Below, piece after piece: positions 8,026 to 18,700 of a DNA stretch of 20,000 nt. The stretch is from the IMG/VR virus record IMGVR_UViG_3300021446_000040; one strand, written 5' to 3'. This DNA comes from an uncultured virus (IMG/VR IMGVR_UViG_3300021446_000040). Lineage: Duplodnaviria; Heunggongvirae; Uroviricota; Caudoviricetes. The notes beneath the pieces were generated by a model. That model ran no database searches. It was not told the DNA's origin and worked only from the letters and a program-made list of their open reading frames with translations. A program made the position numbers and the translations under genes. Numbering within the stretch: position 1 is the stretch's first letter; each line of letters begins with the position of its first letter.

Positions 8026-8136
8026 GGTCTTACGAACGCCGCCAAGTACGAAAGGTTAACGGTCGCTTTCGCGCCGCTGAAATCGGCCCCTATTGTAGAA
8101 AGGACTGAAATGTGATTTAGGGCTAAGATCGGCTAA

Positions 8137-8236
8137 NNNNNNNNNNNNNNNNNNNNNNNNNNNNNNNNNNNNNNNNNNNNNNNNNNNNNNNNNNNNNNNN
8201 NNNNNNNNNNNNNNNNNNNNNNNNNNNNNNNNNNNN
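8137..8236. other. Assembly gap (100 N, true size unknown)
   Basis: N run with no flanking duplication; hides the end of the primase-helicase gene. Confidence 0.95.
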
Positions 8237-10728
8237 TTTTGCTTGGCGCGATCGGCGCGCACTTTCGAACCGCCAAACGCTATACCAGTGCCGCTATTTA
8301 GTTTGCCGATCGTTTCGGCTACGTCCGCGACCTGCTGATTCGGGCTTCGGTCCGTTGCTAATTTCACAACGGTCACACCGCCCATGACAGGCGCAAAGTC
8401 ATCCATGTACCGCACTGGTTCGGGCGGGTCGCCGTGTATCTTTTCGTGGACTTCAGTCATTAATGTAATGTCATTACCCGCGAACCAGTAGGTAGCATCT
8501 TCCGGCAGGTCTTGAAAGACGCGGCCTGTGTCGCCGACTATATCTATGCTCTTTTCGTTGCCGTCAGCGCGCGTTAACACGCCCTGAAGGTCGTCGTCCG
8601 GGTCGTGGTATAGTATATTCAGCAGTTCGCGCGCATGACCTGGATAGTTATTCTTCAGCCGTTTTCGCGTTTCGAAGAAGTCGGCTTCGGGCTGTAGTTC
8701 GGCCAGGCGTGCGCGAATGTCGGCTACAAGGTCGTGGTATGCGTTATCATTTTCGCCCCATGATTCGACGCCGCTTTCTTTTATCAGCGCCGGCAGTTCT
8801 AAGATAAATTCGGCGACGGCTTCTATATCGTCGTGAATCCGGTCGGTTCGTTCTAAGTCGCCGATCCGTTCGATTATGTGTTCTGCTGTACCTGTTAGCC
8901 CATCCAGTGCGCCCATGCTTGTGCCGGTCTTGTAGCCTGTGCGTTCGCTTTCGAAGATTGTAACGCTTGAACTTATCAGCCGGCTTAGGGATGCTTCTTC
9001 GCTGGTAATTATCAGGTCAAAGTCGTTTTCGGTCGTCCGAACCACGTCTAACTTTTCGGGAACTGTTACCACGACGCGCGCTTCTTGCGCGCCTTTTACG
9101 ATCGCCTGGTACTGGTTCTTTTCAGGATGGATTTTTTCAAGCGCGTCCCATGGGTCTTTAGCGGTCTGTTCGGGGTATTCGTCGCTACTGTAGTTAAGCG
9201 GTGTGTCGTTTTCGCCCCATCCGCTTCGCGCCCATCGGCGACCGCCAAGGTACGCGGTTTCAACGTTCATGTTAACCAGTTTGTCGCGCGTCGCTTGGGC
9301 TTCTTGATGCGACGGCGCGACATATACGGCGCGGTTGAAGTTATCCGCTTTCAGTTCTTCGCGGATGTTTCGGACGATTTCATAGCTTTTGCCCTGGCGC
9401 GCGATTCCCTGCATGGTAAGGTGTTTGTCAGCGCCCGCGTCGCTTTCGTCGTATTCGTTGCTGGCAACGTGTTCATCTACAGACCCTTCCGCGCCTTCGA
9501 CCTTATCACGGCCTAACGGGACGTTAGCCTTGTTACGGAGCCATTCAAGCGCCTGGTTGTATTCGTATTTCGTAAGGTGTTTGCCGTCGGTATCAGTGTC
9601 GTATTCGCTTGGCGCAAACATATCGTCCGCGTCGCGTAGACCGGCTTCGATCACCGCCCACATTAGACAGCGGTACGGTACTTTGTCCTGCTGTTCGATC
9701 TGTTTGCTGGCCTTGGCGTATTCCCAGGCCCAAAACAGCGCTTGGGGGTTTCCTGCAACGCCGGCGTTTTCGCCGCCAAAGTCCGCGCCAAGGTATCCGC
9801 AGTCGGAATTATCGTCGTACCCCCGCGACGCCAAGGCACAAAGCGAAAGTGCGTTGTGCGTACAGCTATGGCCTTCGCGGAAGCACCACACTGTCTTTCC
9901 GTTATATTCGGCGTTCGTTCCGGTTTCGCTACCGTGTAATGGGTGTGCGTGCTTGTCGCCGCTAAGGTCGCCGCCCATTGCCGAATAGACCTGGCCGGTA
10001 TTCAGGTCAAACAACTGGCTACGTTCGCCGTCTACGCTTTGGCTGAAGTCGGTATCCAGTTCGTCCCACGTCGTGCGGTTCTTCGCGGCGCGCTTGATCT
10101 TGCGGTATTCTTTCCGCGCACGCGCACGAAGCCAGGAACGCGGTAGTTCGCGCATACCAAGCGTAGGCAGTTCGTCGCCGCTCGGCACGTTTTCGACGGT
10201 GTAGACCGGCGCTTCGTCGTCCGGCACTTTATCAGCCGGGCGGTAGCTACCCGGCGCGTACATAAGCTTCGCTACGTTAGTGTTCCGAAAGTCGGCGATA
10301 GTGCCGTCGCCGTCCCATTTTTCGGGAATACCGATGCTATCTAAAAGGATTTCATCGTCCGGGTCGTCCGGCTGTGCATAGTACAAGTGCGTGCCGCCCG
10401 AACGCGACCTGATTCGTAGCGTCGGCTTGAACGATTCGCCGTGTGACTGTCGGACCTGTTCGTTATCTTCGTCTATCGCGTGAAAGCGATCGCCCTGCTG
10501 AAAGATAAAGGCGACCGCGTGTGATCCGGCGTCGTTCTTGTGCTGTTGTAGGTACTTCAGCGCTTCGTGGGCGGTTAGGCGGCTTTCGGGTTCGCTTTGC
10601 CACTGTTGATCGAAGAAACCGCCGTCGCCGCTGTTCGTCGTATAGCGCTTTTCATCCAGCGCGACGCCGGCCAGCTTGCGCATGGCTTCGGCGAAAGTAG
10701 AAAATTCGCGCGGACACGTGCCTTCCAT
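8237..10728 (-). CDS. Prim-pol (AEP superfamily) + Zn-binding domain + SF2-like helicase/ATPase fusion; C-terminus in the gap
   Basis: AIDED (DxD), SRSGGTHLYY, DFR...YAPGS; HPLHGSETGTN...WCFREGHSC; Walker A GIARQGKS (9385-9408), motif Ia VYVAPSH, motif Ib VVVTVPEKL, Walker B-like LIITSEEA. Confidence 0.8.
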
Positions 10729-10751
10729 AGCAACCCCTAACAGTTTTTCCG

Positions 10752-10759
10752 AACTTAAA
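10752..10759 (-). promoter_or_regulatory. TATA box of the primase-helicase gene (TTTAAGTT)
   Basis: 24-31 nt upstream of ATG 10728. Confidence 0.65.
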
Positions 10760-10768
10760 CGTTCTGTT

Positions 10769-11227
10769 CTACTTCAAGCGCTTACCCCTTGGCGGGATAA
10801 GCGCGTCAATGACTTCAGACTGAATCCGATCGCCGTAATAGGACGTAATGAATCCTAATACGGTGCTGTAGATCAAAAATACCAGCGCGCCGACAGTGAT
10901 CATGTAGATGGGTAGGCGTTCGCCTGGCACGTATTCAGCGCCGCCTACGAACAGCGTGCCTAAGCCGGTCGCCAGTAGGCCGATAATCGCTAAGAACCGT
11001 TCGACTTGTGCATCGGATCGCACTTCAGCGACCCAAAGGAAATATGCGACCCATGCGAAACAGTTTCCGCCGGTAGCTAAGTAGACTTCAGGGGCGTAGT
11101 AGCCGCGATTAACGACCGTGTAGACGGACAGCAGTATCAGCCCCAAGCTGGATAGCGCCAAGACGTTTGTAACGCGCTTTCGCTTTTCCGGGTCGTTTTC
11201 GTGACTGTACGATATGAGTTTTTCCAT
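10769..11227 (-). CDS. 4-TM membrane protein (152 aa), possibly lysis-related
   Basis: Four hydrophobic segments, charged termini, directly downstream of the holin-like gene. Confidence 0.75.
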   Translation of the reverse strand: MEKLISYSHENDPEKRKRVTNVLALSSLGLILLSVYTVVNRGYYAPEVYLATGGNCFAWVAYFLWVAEVRSDAQVERFLAIIGLLATGLGTLFVGGAEYVPGERLPIYMITVGALVFLIYSTVLGFITSYYGDRIQSEVIDALIPPRGKRLK

Positions 11228-11261
11228 TATCGGCCTTGTGGTGTGTGATTATCGTACATTT

Positions 11262-11528
11262 TTAACGTTTTGCCTTTTTCTGCTGTCCGTCGTCCTGCTG
11301 TCCGCTGTTCCCGCCAGGGAATTGATCGCCGCTTCGGGTTGACTTCAGCGCCCGGCGCGCGGTTTCGGACGTTAGAAGCGTGCCGGCTAAGATCAAGAAG
11401 TCGCGCGCCAAAGATAAAAGCTGTGCGTCGAAGGTAATGAACCCAAAGAACCCAAGCCCGGCAAAGGCCAGCATAACAGCTATGATAATTTGGCCTATGT
11501 CCCTATTCGTTAGATCAAGCCGCGCCAT
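11262..11528 (-). CDS. Holin-like 2-TM membrane protein (88 aa)
   Basis: Two hydrophobic helices, polar basic C-terminal tail, located right after the tail genes. Holin function is inferred from position and topology only. Confidence 0.5.
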   Translation of the reverse strand: MARLDLTNRDIGQIIIAVMLAFAGLGFFGFITFDAQLLSLARDFLILAGTLLTSETARRALKSTRSGDQFPGGNSGQQDDGQQKKAKR

Positions 11529-11576
11529 TATGATGTATGGCTATCGGGGGATTAGTAAAGTTGGCGTCGGCGATCT

Positions 11577-12752
11577 TTAATATAGATTTTCGATGAAATA
11601 ATCGCCGCCTGAAGGCATCTTAACCTTCAGGTCCGTGCTTCCGCCGTCTTTATCTTCGATATAGATAGCGGCGCTTTCGCGCGGAATGTTGTAGTTTGAC
11701 GGGTCGCCGCCAAGAATGGGAATTGGTTGCATGGCGTCGCCGTTCACAAATTTCTTATTCGTCTCATCTATGGTACGGGTATCCCATTCGATCGGTTCAT
11801 CCGCGTTGTTATTCGCGGGCGCGACCGCGAACGTAATAGACGGTTGTGGGGCGTCGCCCGCGCCTGGGTAGTTGCTGTTCATGCCGATCAACGCATGGGG
11901 TTCGTTAGCAACGATAGACCGCCAAGAAGCATCGGGGCCGGGGTCGGTCGCCGAAAGCGGATTGTCGTAGTCCCAATAAGCGTTCCAAGCCCAAGCAACC
12001 CTGCCGTGTCCGCCTTGATGGGATTGCACAAAGTCAGACGTGCCGGCGGCATACCGGATGTATTCGCCGTCGCTTTCGCCGGGAACGCCGCGCGCATCTT
12101 CGCCGCGTTCGAATACGTAAGTTCCCATTAACACGTCACTTTGATCCGACCGCACGAAATTGCCAGGCTGATAGCCCCGGAAGAACTGGCTGTTTTCGGC
12201 GCGATCGACCGGGACGGAATTATCGCCTTCGTAGCGGGCGTTCCGGTAGTTCACACGGGTTGTAAGCGGCCTGCGGTTAGACGTAGCGGTGATACTTGAT
12301 CCGTCGCTGTTAACGTCCCATATCGCCAAGCGCGGCGCTTTACGACCGGATAACACGATGTTACTTTCTGTGTCTATGATTAGCCGGTCTGTGCGCGTGC
12401 GGTCAACCGCCAAGTAGATCGTTTCATCGGACGAATTAGCCGGAATGTCTACGTCGTGAACGTTATTCCCGGTCACTTGGTCGGTTTCGGCGCGGTCGTC
12501 GCTTGCAAGATAGTGTCCGCCAAAGGCGGCTTCGCCAGTATCGATCGTTACTGTCAGCCCGTTCGTTTCGAAGATACCAAAGGCGTTTAGCGGGCCGTCT
12601 AAGATTTCATTATCGGCGGTCGCTAACAGGTCCTTATCAGTCGGCACAACGTATTCGTCGCCCGACTGTGCGATCGCTTCGGCCAGGCGCATAGAATCGA
12701 CGTTTCTTTGGTCGGTGCTATCGCCGTGCGTAGGTTCTGTAACAACAGTCAT
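11577..12752 (-). CDS. Tail fibre / receptor-binding-like virion protein (391 aa)
   Basis: N-terminal GLTVTIDTGEAAFGG...IPANS...IYLAVD adaptor-like domain; FRGYQPGNFVRSD resembles the LDG.....F.RSD fibre motif; Trp-rich C-terminal domain; last gene of the tail block. Confidence 0.6.
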   Translation of the reverse strand: MTVVTEPTHGDSTDQRNVDSMRLAEAIAQSGDEYVVPTDKDLLATADNEILDGPLNAFGIFETNGLTVTIDTGEAAFGGHYLASDDRAETDQVTGNNVHDVDIPANSSDETIYLAVDRTRTDRLIIDTESNIVLSGRKAPRLAIWDVNSDGSSITATSNRRPLTTRVNYRNARYEGDNSVPVDRAENSQFFRGYQPGNFVRSDQSDVLMGTYVFERGEDARGVPGESDGEYIRYAAGTSDFVQSHQGGHGRVAWAWNAYWDYDNPLSATDPGPDASWRSIVANEPHALIGMNSNYPGAGDAPQPSITFAVAPANNNADEPIEWDTRTIDETNKKFVNGDAMQPIPILGGDPSNYNIPRESAAIYIEDKDGGSTDLKVKMPSGGDYFIENLY

Positions 12753-12788
12753 AACTGATTTAAGTTCCCTTTCGGCTTAAGTTATTTG

Positions 12789-13331
12789 CTATTGCCCGAT
12801 AGCCATTGACAAGTTAACAATTAGCACATAATCGGACGTTTTCTTGATCGAATTGGTAAGTGTGACGTAGTTATATACGTCGCCGTCGTCCGAATACGCG
12901 ACCATTTCGGACAGTTCCGGCACTGTATTATCCGCGTTCGGCTTTGGATTCAGTTCGTATTCGTCCGCAAATTCCCGCATATAGAACGTTTCGCCTTCGT
13001 TCGACGGGTCGGTAATTTCGATCCGACCGACAGGTTCCGAACAGCCGGTTTCGTCCGGCGTCGTGCCAGTGCCAAATTCTAATTCGTGATATTCCGGCAG
13101 GCCTTCGGTCCGGTTGTTAAAGTTCAACAGCGCGGCGATAGCTTCATGCAACGCGCTGGCCGTCGTATTGGATTCGGTCGTCTGTTCTTCGGCCCACAAG
13201 CGTTCGTAGTAATCGCGCTGTTCGCTTACGGTTACGCCCGGCACGTCCGGGGCGTAATTAGATTTAATTAGCCGTATCTGTACGTTTTCGTCTACCGTCA
13301 GCTTCGGTTCGCTGGTTTCTATCTTTGCCAT
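12789..13331 (-). CDS. Baseplate/fibre-attachment protein (tail-collar fibre-like, 180 aa)
   Basis: FGTGTTP ... LSEM ..... G..YN ... IKKTSD.VL.V pattern resembles fibre-attachment (DUF3751-like) proteins; tail-module position. Confidence 0.55.
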   Translation of the reverse strand: MAKIETSEPKLTVDENVQIRLIKSNYAPDVPGVTVSEQRDYYERLWAEEQTTESNTTASALHEAIAALLNFNNRTEGLPEYHELEFGTGTTPDETGCSEPVGRIEITDPSNEGETFYMREFADEYELNPKPNADNTVPELSEMVAYSDDGDVYNYVTLTNSIKKTSDYVLIVNLSMAIGQ

Positions 13332-13350
13332 GTTGGGTTATACGTATTTG

Positions 13351-14142
13351 TTATGCAAAAATCAGTCGGTCGTAGAAGCCGCCGCTTGTGTCTAAGCCGC
13401 CGTCGTCCGCGTTCGGCATGGGGTTGTCGTGACTGCCGGCACAGTAACCGACGTGTTCGACGTTACCAGTGTACGGGTAGACCCGCTGAAGCGACGCTTC
13501 GGTTCCGCCGATCGCATGGTTGACTACGACCCTGTGCCACCCGGTCTGTAACGAAACGTTATTATCTATGTCTAAGTCTGTGCGGTTCCCGGTATCACGC
13601 ATGGCCAGGGCTAACCGGCTGTTAGTGACTTCCGCGAAGAACGTGCGGGTCGCTTGGTCGGTGTTAAACAGAAATTTGCGGTTCTGGTTTGCGTCCTGTT
13701 TCAAGAAGTACCAGGCGATCTTTGCGCCTTCGCCGGCTACGTTTTCGCCGTCGGTTATCAGCACGCCGTCGCCTTCTATACCATTGCCCCCGTTGAAGCC
13801 CCCGTTCTGGATCGAATAGCTGTTAGTCGTCGCGCGATAGCTTAGTGATCCGTTACCAAGCGAACCGCGTTCAAAGTCGTCCGTGCGTTCGGCGACCGTA
13901 TTGTAGCTGTTGTAGTCATAGCCGGCCTGTGCGCCGTATTTCGCTTCGCGGTTCGCTGAAGTGTCGCTTGTGGTCGTTGTGTTTTCCCCAAGCGTCAGCG
14001 TGTCAAAGTCGATGTTAGGATAGCGTTGACTACTTTCGACTTCTTTGCGCCCTTGTCGCAGTTCATCTAACTGTCGTTGATGATCACTAAGCGTCCTAAA
14101 CAGTCGGCGGTAAAACCGGCGCTTTCGTCTATGATCTTTCAA
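13351..14142 (-). CDS. Minor tail protein with N-terminal coiled coil and C-terminal beta-sandwich (lectin-like) domain
   Basis: TTG start overlapping the hub stop (TTGA); YGAQAGYDYNSY linker; DDFERGSLG domain start; GWHRVVV strand. Confidence 0.6.
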   Translation of the reverse strand: MKDHRRKRRFYRRLFRTLSDHQRQLDELRQGRKEVESSQRYPNIDFDTLTLGENTTTTSDTSANREAKYGAQAGYDYNSYNTVAERTDDFERGSLGNGSLSYRATTNSYSIQNGGFNGGNGIEGDGVLITDGENVAGEGAKIAWYFLKQDANQNRKFLFNTDQATRTFFAEVTNSRLALAMRDTGNRTDLDIDNNVSLQTGWHRVVVNHAIGGTEASLQRVYPYTGNVEHVGYCAGSHDNPMPNADDGGLDTSGGFYDRLIFA

Positions 14143-15689
14143 AATTGCACACCTTCGAACCCTAATTCAGTGTAAATCTTGAACCCGTTGTAGTCGCGTT
14201 TCTTTTCGGTTACAACGTAATCGCCGCTTACCATTATGTTTTCGTAGCCTTCTATTTTAACCTTGTCGCCTATATCCAGGTTAACGACCCGTTCGCTGTC
14301 TAAGTATTCGGGCTGAAACTGGCTTGGCGGGTAGCCGGACCTGGCCAGTTTCGCGTCGGCAGTATCGCGGACAGCCGCGCCGCTTTCTAAGCCTTCGTTA
14401 ACGATCCGACCGTCTACCCGGCGGTACTTGTCGATGCTTTCGTTCAACGGCTTTTCTACACCGACGGGCTTCGGAAAGTAAGCAACATATGCCGGGTCTG
14501 TGGGGTTTCCGTTCGCGTCGGTTTGCACGCCTATGTCAAAGGCCGAATCGCCGCTTTCGGTATCTACGATCAACCAGATTTCCCGATCCGGTATCTTGTG
14601 TTCGGCCAGGCGAAATGTCGTAAAGCCGTCGTCGTCGTAGGCGACCTTTCTTTCGCCGCTTCCGATAATGTCCGAATCGGTATCACCGGGTTCGATCGGC
14701 CCACTGCCGTCCTGTTTGCCGATCTGGATTCGTGCGCGCACGCCGTTAGCATCCGGGTCGTCCGCCGGCGGTGAATCGGACCGCTTTTTGGTATAGATTT
14801 CAAAGCTTGAAATTTCGCTTTTGCGGGTCGCTATCGGCGTTGTAAGCCGGTTCGTATCGCTTACGGTTACTGTATCGTCTACAGTCCGCTGTGCGTCTGT
14901 TTCATTATTTTCGTCGTCTATACCGCCTACGACGCGCACGTTGTTAACCAAGCCCCGGTCTGTGGTTTCTTCGACGGCTTCGCCGGCAAAGTCAGCCGGT
15001 CCGACGGGTTCTGATAGCCGGTAATCCAGGTCGCGGATTTGCTTGAAGCGAAGCGACCCGCCTTCGCCATACCAGATAATCGGCCCGTAAAACTGTGCCG
15101 CGCGGTCGGCAATTTGGCCGATCACTTTATTCGCTTGTACGCCCTTTACGAAAAAGTCGATTCGTTCGTCTAATTTGGGAAGCGCTTGCCGGCCGATTTC
15201 CGGCGCGTTATCACGTAAGACCTGATTAAGAATCGCGCCGGCGCTTCCGCTTATCGGCCTGTTGGTTTCGGTAAAGTCTACGTCGCGGTCCGATAATATG
15301 CCGTTAGCAAAGCCAGTTAGACGCAGTTCGACTTCAGTCGGCCGCGCCTGTTCGCGGTTCCGTGTGACGTTTGTTATCATAAACGATGCTTCCTGTTCCC
15401 ATCCGCTGAATGGCCCCGCGCCGAACGGTCCCGCGCCAAATTCAGCGCCGGGGTTGTTTTGCACCTGTAAAACCAGCTTGTCTTTCAGGTGTAGCGGTTT
15501 ATCGCCGGACGTGTACTTGGCCGAACGGTTGTCTACCGTTAGGTTTCCGGTGTTTCGCGGTTCGCCGCTCTTTTCGGTCGTAGACATATCTAAAACGTCG
15601 GACGTTTCGATGTAAAAATCAGTAACCGCGTCTGTCCGCGCTTTAGATACCGCTATCTCAAAGTCGTCCGCGTTAAAAAATTCGACCAT
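14139..15689 (-). CDS. Baseplate hub / Tal-like tail tip protein (516 aa)
   Basis: LTVDNR..KY, LVNNVRVVGG, SIDKY, ADAKL....P, LDIGDKVKI...YVVTEK motifs as in hub proteins; FGAGPFGAGPF repeat. Confidence 0.7.
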   Translation of the reverse strand: MVEFFNADDFEIAVSKARTDAVTDFYIETSDVLDMSTTEKSGEPRNTGNLTVDNRSAKYTSGDKPLHLKDKLVLQVQNNPGAEFGAGPFGAGPFSGWEQEASFMITNVTRNREQARPTEVELRLTGFANGILSDRDVDFTETNRPISGSAGAILNQVLRDNAPEIGRQALPKLDERIDFFVKGVQANKVIGQIADRAAQFYGPIIWYGEGGSLRFKQIRDLDYRLSEPVGPADFAGEAVEETTDRGLVNNVRVVGGIDDENNETDAQRTVDDTVTVSDTNRLTTPIATRKSEISSFEIYTKKRSDSPPADDPDANGVRARIQIGKQDGSGPIEPGDTDSDIIGSGERKVAYDDDGFTTFRLAEHKIPDREIWLIVDTESGDSAFDIGVQTDANGNPTDPAYVAYFPKPVGVEKPLNESIDKYRRVDGRIVNEGLESGAAVRDTADAKLARSGYPPSQFQPEYLDSERVVNLDIGDKVKIEGYENIMVSGDYVVTEKKRDYNGFKIYTELGFEGVQF

Positions 15690-15701
15690 ATGACCCTTAG
15701 A

Positions 15702-18700
15702 TTATTCCTGGTTGAAATAGTCTAAGGTGTTCAACATGGTCACAAAGCCGGCGACCAATTCGGCGCGCGTTAGTTCGGACGGATCGCCCTGCGGGATTTC
15801 ATCGGGAACGTCCGGCAGGTCCGGCGCGTCCTTGGGCGGTTCCGGNNNNNNNNNNNNNNNNNNNNNNNNNNNNNNNNNNNNNNNNNNNNNNNNNNNNNNN
15901 NNNNNNNNNNNNNNNNNNNNNNNNNNNNNNNNNNNNNNNNNNNNNGATTCGCCAGGCACGCTAATCCCATCGGGCCGGCGTAGTTCGCGGCTACCCGTGT
16001 AGTCGTTCCCGTCGATCCACACGTTGATTTCAGGCGGGGCAATGATGTTTGTAACCGACCCTTCGATAATGAAGGCGTCGCCGCCATTCAGCGCTAAGAC
16101 GCCGTGAATCGCCGCCTGGCTGTCCGGGTTGATAATTTCGTCGTTGTCGTCCGCCTTTCTATCTTCTTGTGCGGGCGCGTCGGTTTCGACCTTGTACGCT
16201 TCCCATCCGGCCGGGTCGCCGCGTTCATCTTCAGGAACCCACTGGTTCCCGAACAGGTAGACCCTGCTGGTTTGGACGTATTCTTCGCCGCCGACTTCAA
16301 TAGTCAGCGCCGGGTCGCTTTCGATGTTAACGATTTCACCCGTAACGAAGAAGTCGTCGTCCGAATCGCCGGGAACCTGGCCCTTGATCGTAGCGTTCCC
16401 GTCGTTAAAGACGATGTTATCCGAATTGCCCGACAGTCCGCCTAAGCGGGCGTTACCCGTGACTTCAATGGTGTAAGACAGTTGATCGGTTGTACTGCCG
16501 TCGCCTTCGACGTAGATTCGGGTTTCATCTTCCGACGGCCCTTCGGGGTCGTCCGGCACTTCCGGCGGTTCGACCGGAACAGTCGGGTCGGTTTCGTCCG
16601 GCTGTTCTGGTTCGGGGCGATCGGGGGTTTCGGGTTCTTCGACCGGCGCGGTGCTTACGGGGTCGCGCGGTTCGGTCGAAGGTTCTTCGACTTGATCCGG
16701 GGCGTATTCCACGCCGTCTACGTCGGTTTCAAAGTCCGCAACGCAGTCGCGGATTTCCAAGTCGTCGCGGCCAAGGTCAAAGGCATCGTCGCCGTCTACG
16801 TCGCCGCTGAAGTGACAGCCTTCCACAAGAACGCCCACGTCGCCCGACATTCCGCTTTCTTCTACGCGAAGGTGTGGAAGCTGGCCGGCGGTTTTCACCC
16901 GGCAGTTCCGCACTGTAGCGCGTCCGGCTTCGTCGTGAATGGCGATCGCCGCGTTACCTGGCGACCCGCCTTCGCGGTAGGTAACGTCACAATCTTCGAC
17001 AAGACAGCCGTGCCGGTCGCGCACGCGAATCCCGCGACTGTTTTCGCCCGACTGATTACCTTCCGACGTTTTCACCCGTTCGTCTACAACGATCGTTGCT
17101 TCGCGGGCGACCGAATCCGTGCTACCGATCCGAAGGTTCGCTACGTTGCTGTTCGTAAACTTCCCGCCTTCGACTACAACCCTGCCGTCGTTGCCATAGT
17201 CGCGGCCTGGATCGGAGCCATAGACTGCGTTATTCGTGAAACGACCCATTTCACAGTCACGCAGGAAAACGGTGCCTTCGTGCGACGAACTAACAAGAAT
17301 ACCGTTCGTGTCCGTCCCATCTTCTTCCGTGCCGCTGATTTTACACTGTGAAATCAGGCCCGTTTCGCCGCTGTTAACGTCGGTTGAAAAGCCTTTGGAT
17401 TCAGGCGGGTACTGGCCGCGATTTCTAATATGCGAAACGACGAACGTTTCGCCTTCGGCTTGCAAGCGTCCGCCGTATCCGTCCTGGCTGAAGTCGAATA
17501 CGAAATTACTAAACGCCCACGTATCGCCGTTGATAGTGATAAAGTATTCACCGGCGTTGTCCCGCGAACTGTTAGGTTCAAGAACGACTGTTTCGCCGGG
17601 TTCGCCGATAATGGCACAGTCGTTCATTTCAAGGCTAAGGTAGTCGGTCTGATATTCGCCGGCCGGAACGACTGTCACCGTATCGGTCGCGTTCGATGCT
17701 TCTTGTAGCAGGCCGGTAATGTCGTCGCCGTTATCTACGTCTAAGACGTTCTGGTTCGACAAGTCGGCCAGTGCTTCGTACTGTTCGTTCATAATCGTTA
17801 ATGGGTTAATTCCTGTGCTGTTGTCGCCGCCGCTACTTTCGTCGTCCGAATCGTCGTTTTCTACCGGAAGCGCGCCGTCCGTATCCGGTATCAGGTCGCT
17901 TGTGTAGCCGTTTTCCATAACGGATACGTCTAACGTATCGTCCGCCGACATTTTGAGCTGTCCGCGAATGTAATACGTATCCTGGCCGCCTTTGACGTAG
18001 CCGGTCGCGGCCTGTTGCATGGCTTTGTCGCCTGTGTTCGCCATAGCGCCGCGTCTTACGTCGTCCGCTTCGATCCGGTAATGACCTTCATTATCGTCGC
18101 CGCCGATTTTTACCCTGTGCCAAAGCGGTTCGGGCGCACTGTCGTCGCCGCTTCCCACGTGTGCGCGGCCGCCAGGTCCGAAGGCGTTATCACGGTTGAT
18201 CCAGTGTACCTTGTCAAAGCCTTTTACGCCGTCCGTATCTTCCGTGCTGTACGGTTTGTCCTTGTCTTTGTATTCGTCTAATTCTAAGTCGCCGCCGCGA
18301 TTTTCAGCCCACGTGTACCTATCTTCTAACCCCTGGTTAGTTTGCATGATCGCCGAACCGTTCCCGTCGTTCGACGTTTCGGGCGGTTCGGGCGGAACGT
18401 CGCCGGTGTAGTCGAAATGAACCGCGTAGACTTCATGGTAGTCGATCGGCGTTCCCCTGAAGTTAAACACTTCATTGACGCCGCCTTCAGCGTTGTTTTC
18501 GTTACCTTGTACGGTAATGTGGTGCCATACGGTTTTCTTCGAACCGGGTCGGTGTACGTCCAAGACGTGCGAAAACGGCGCGTTAGGGCCGCACGTATGA
18601 TACGCGATTTCCGTACAGTTGTCCCGACCGCCGTGTTCGACGTGATGCCGGCAGTTGTCGGTATAATTACCTATTACGACAGTCCGATCGGCCCACGAAC

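Noticed and set aside
8056..8136. C-terminus of the primase-helicase as given in the ORF track
   Set aside because: It depends on the arbitrary 100-N gap length and the resulting peptide is atypical.
15405..15450. FGAGPFGAGPF tandem repeat in the hub gene as a variable or DGR-type repeat
   Set aside because: Short Gly/aromatic motif of a kind common in tail proteins; no reverse transcriptase or template/variable repeat pair in the window.
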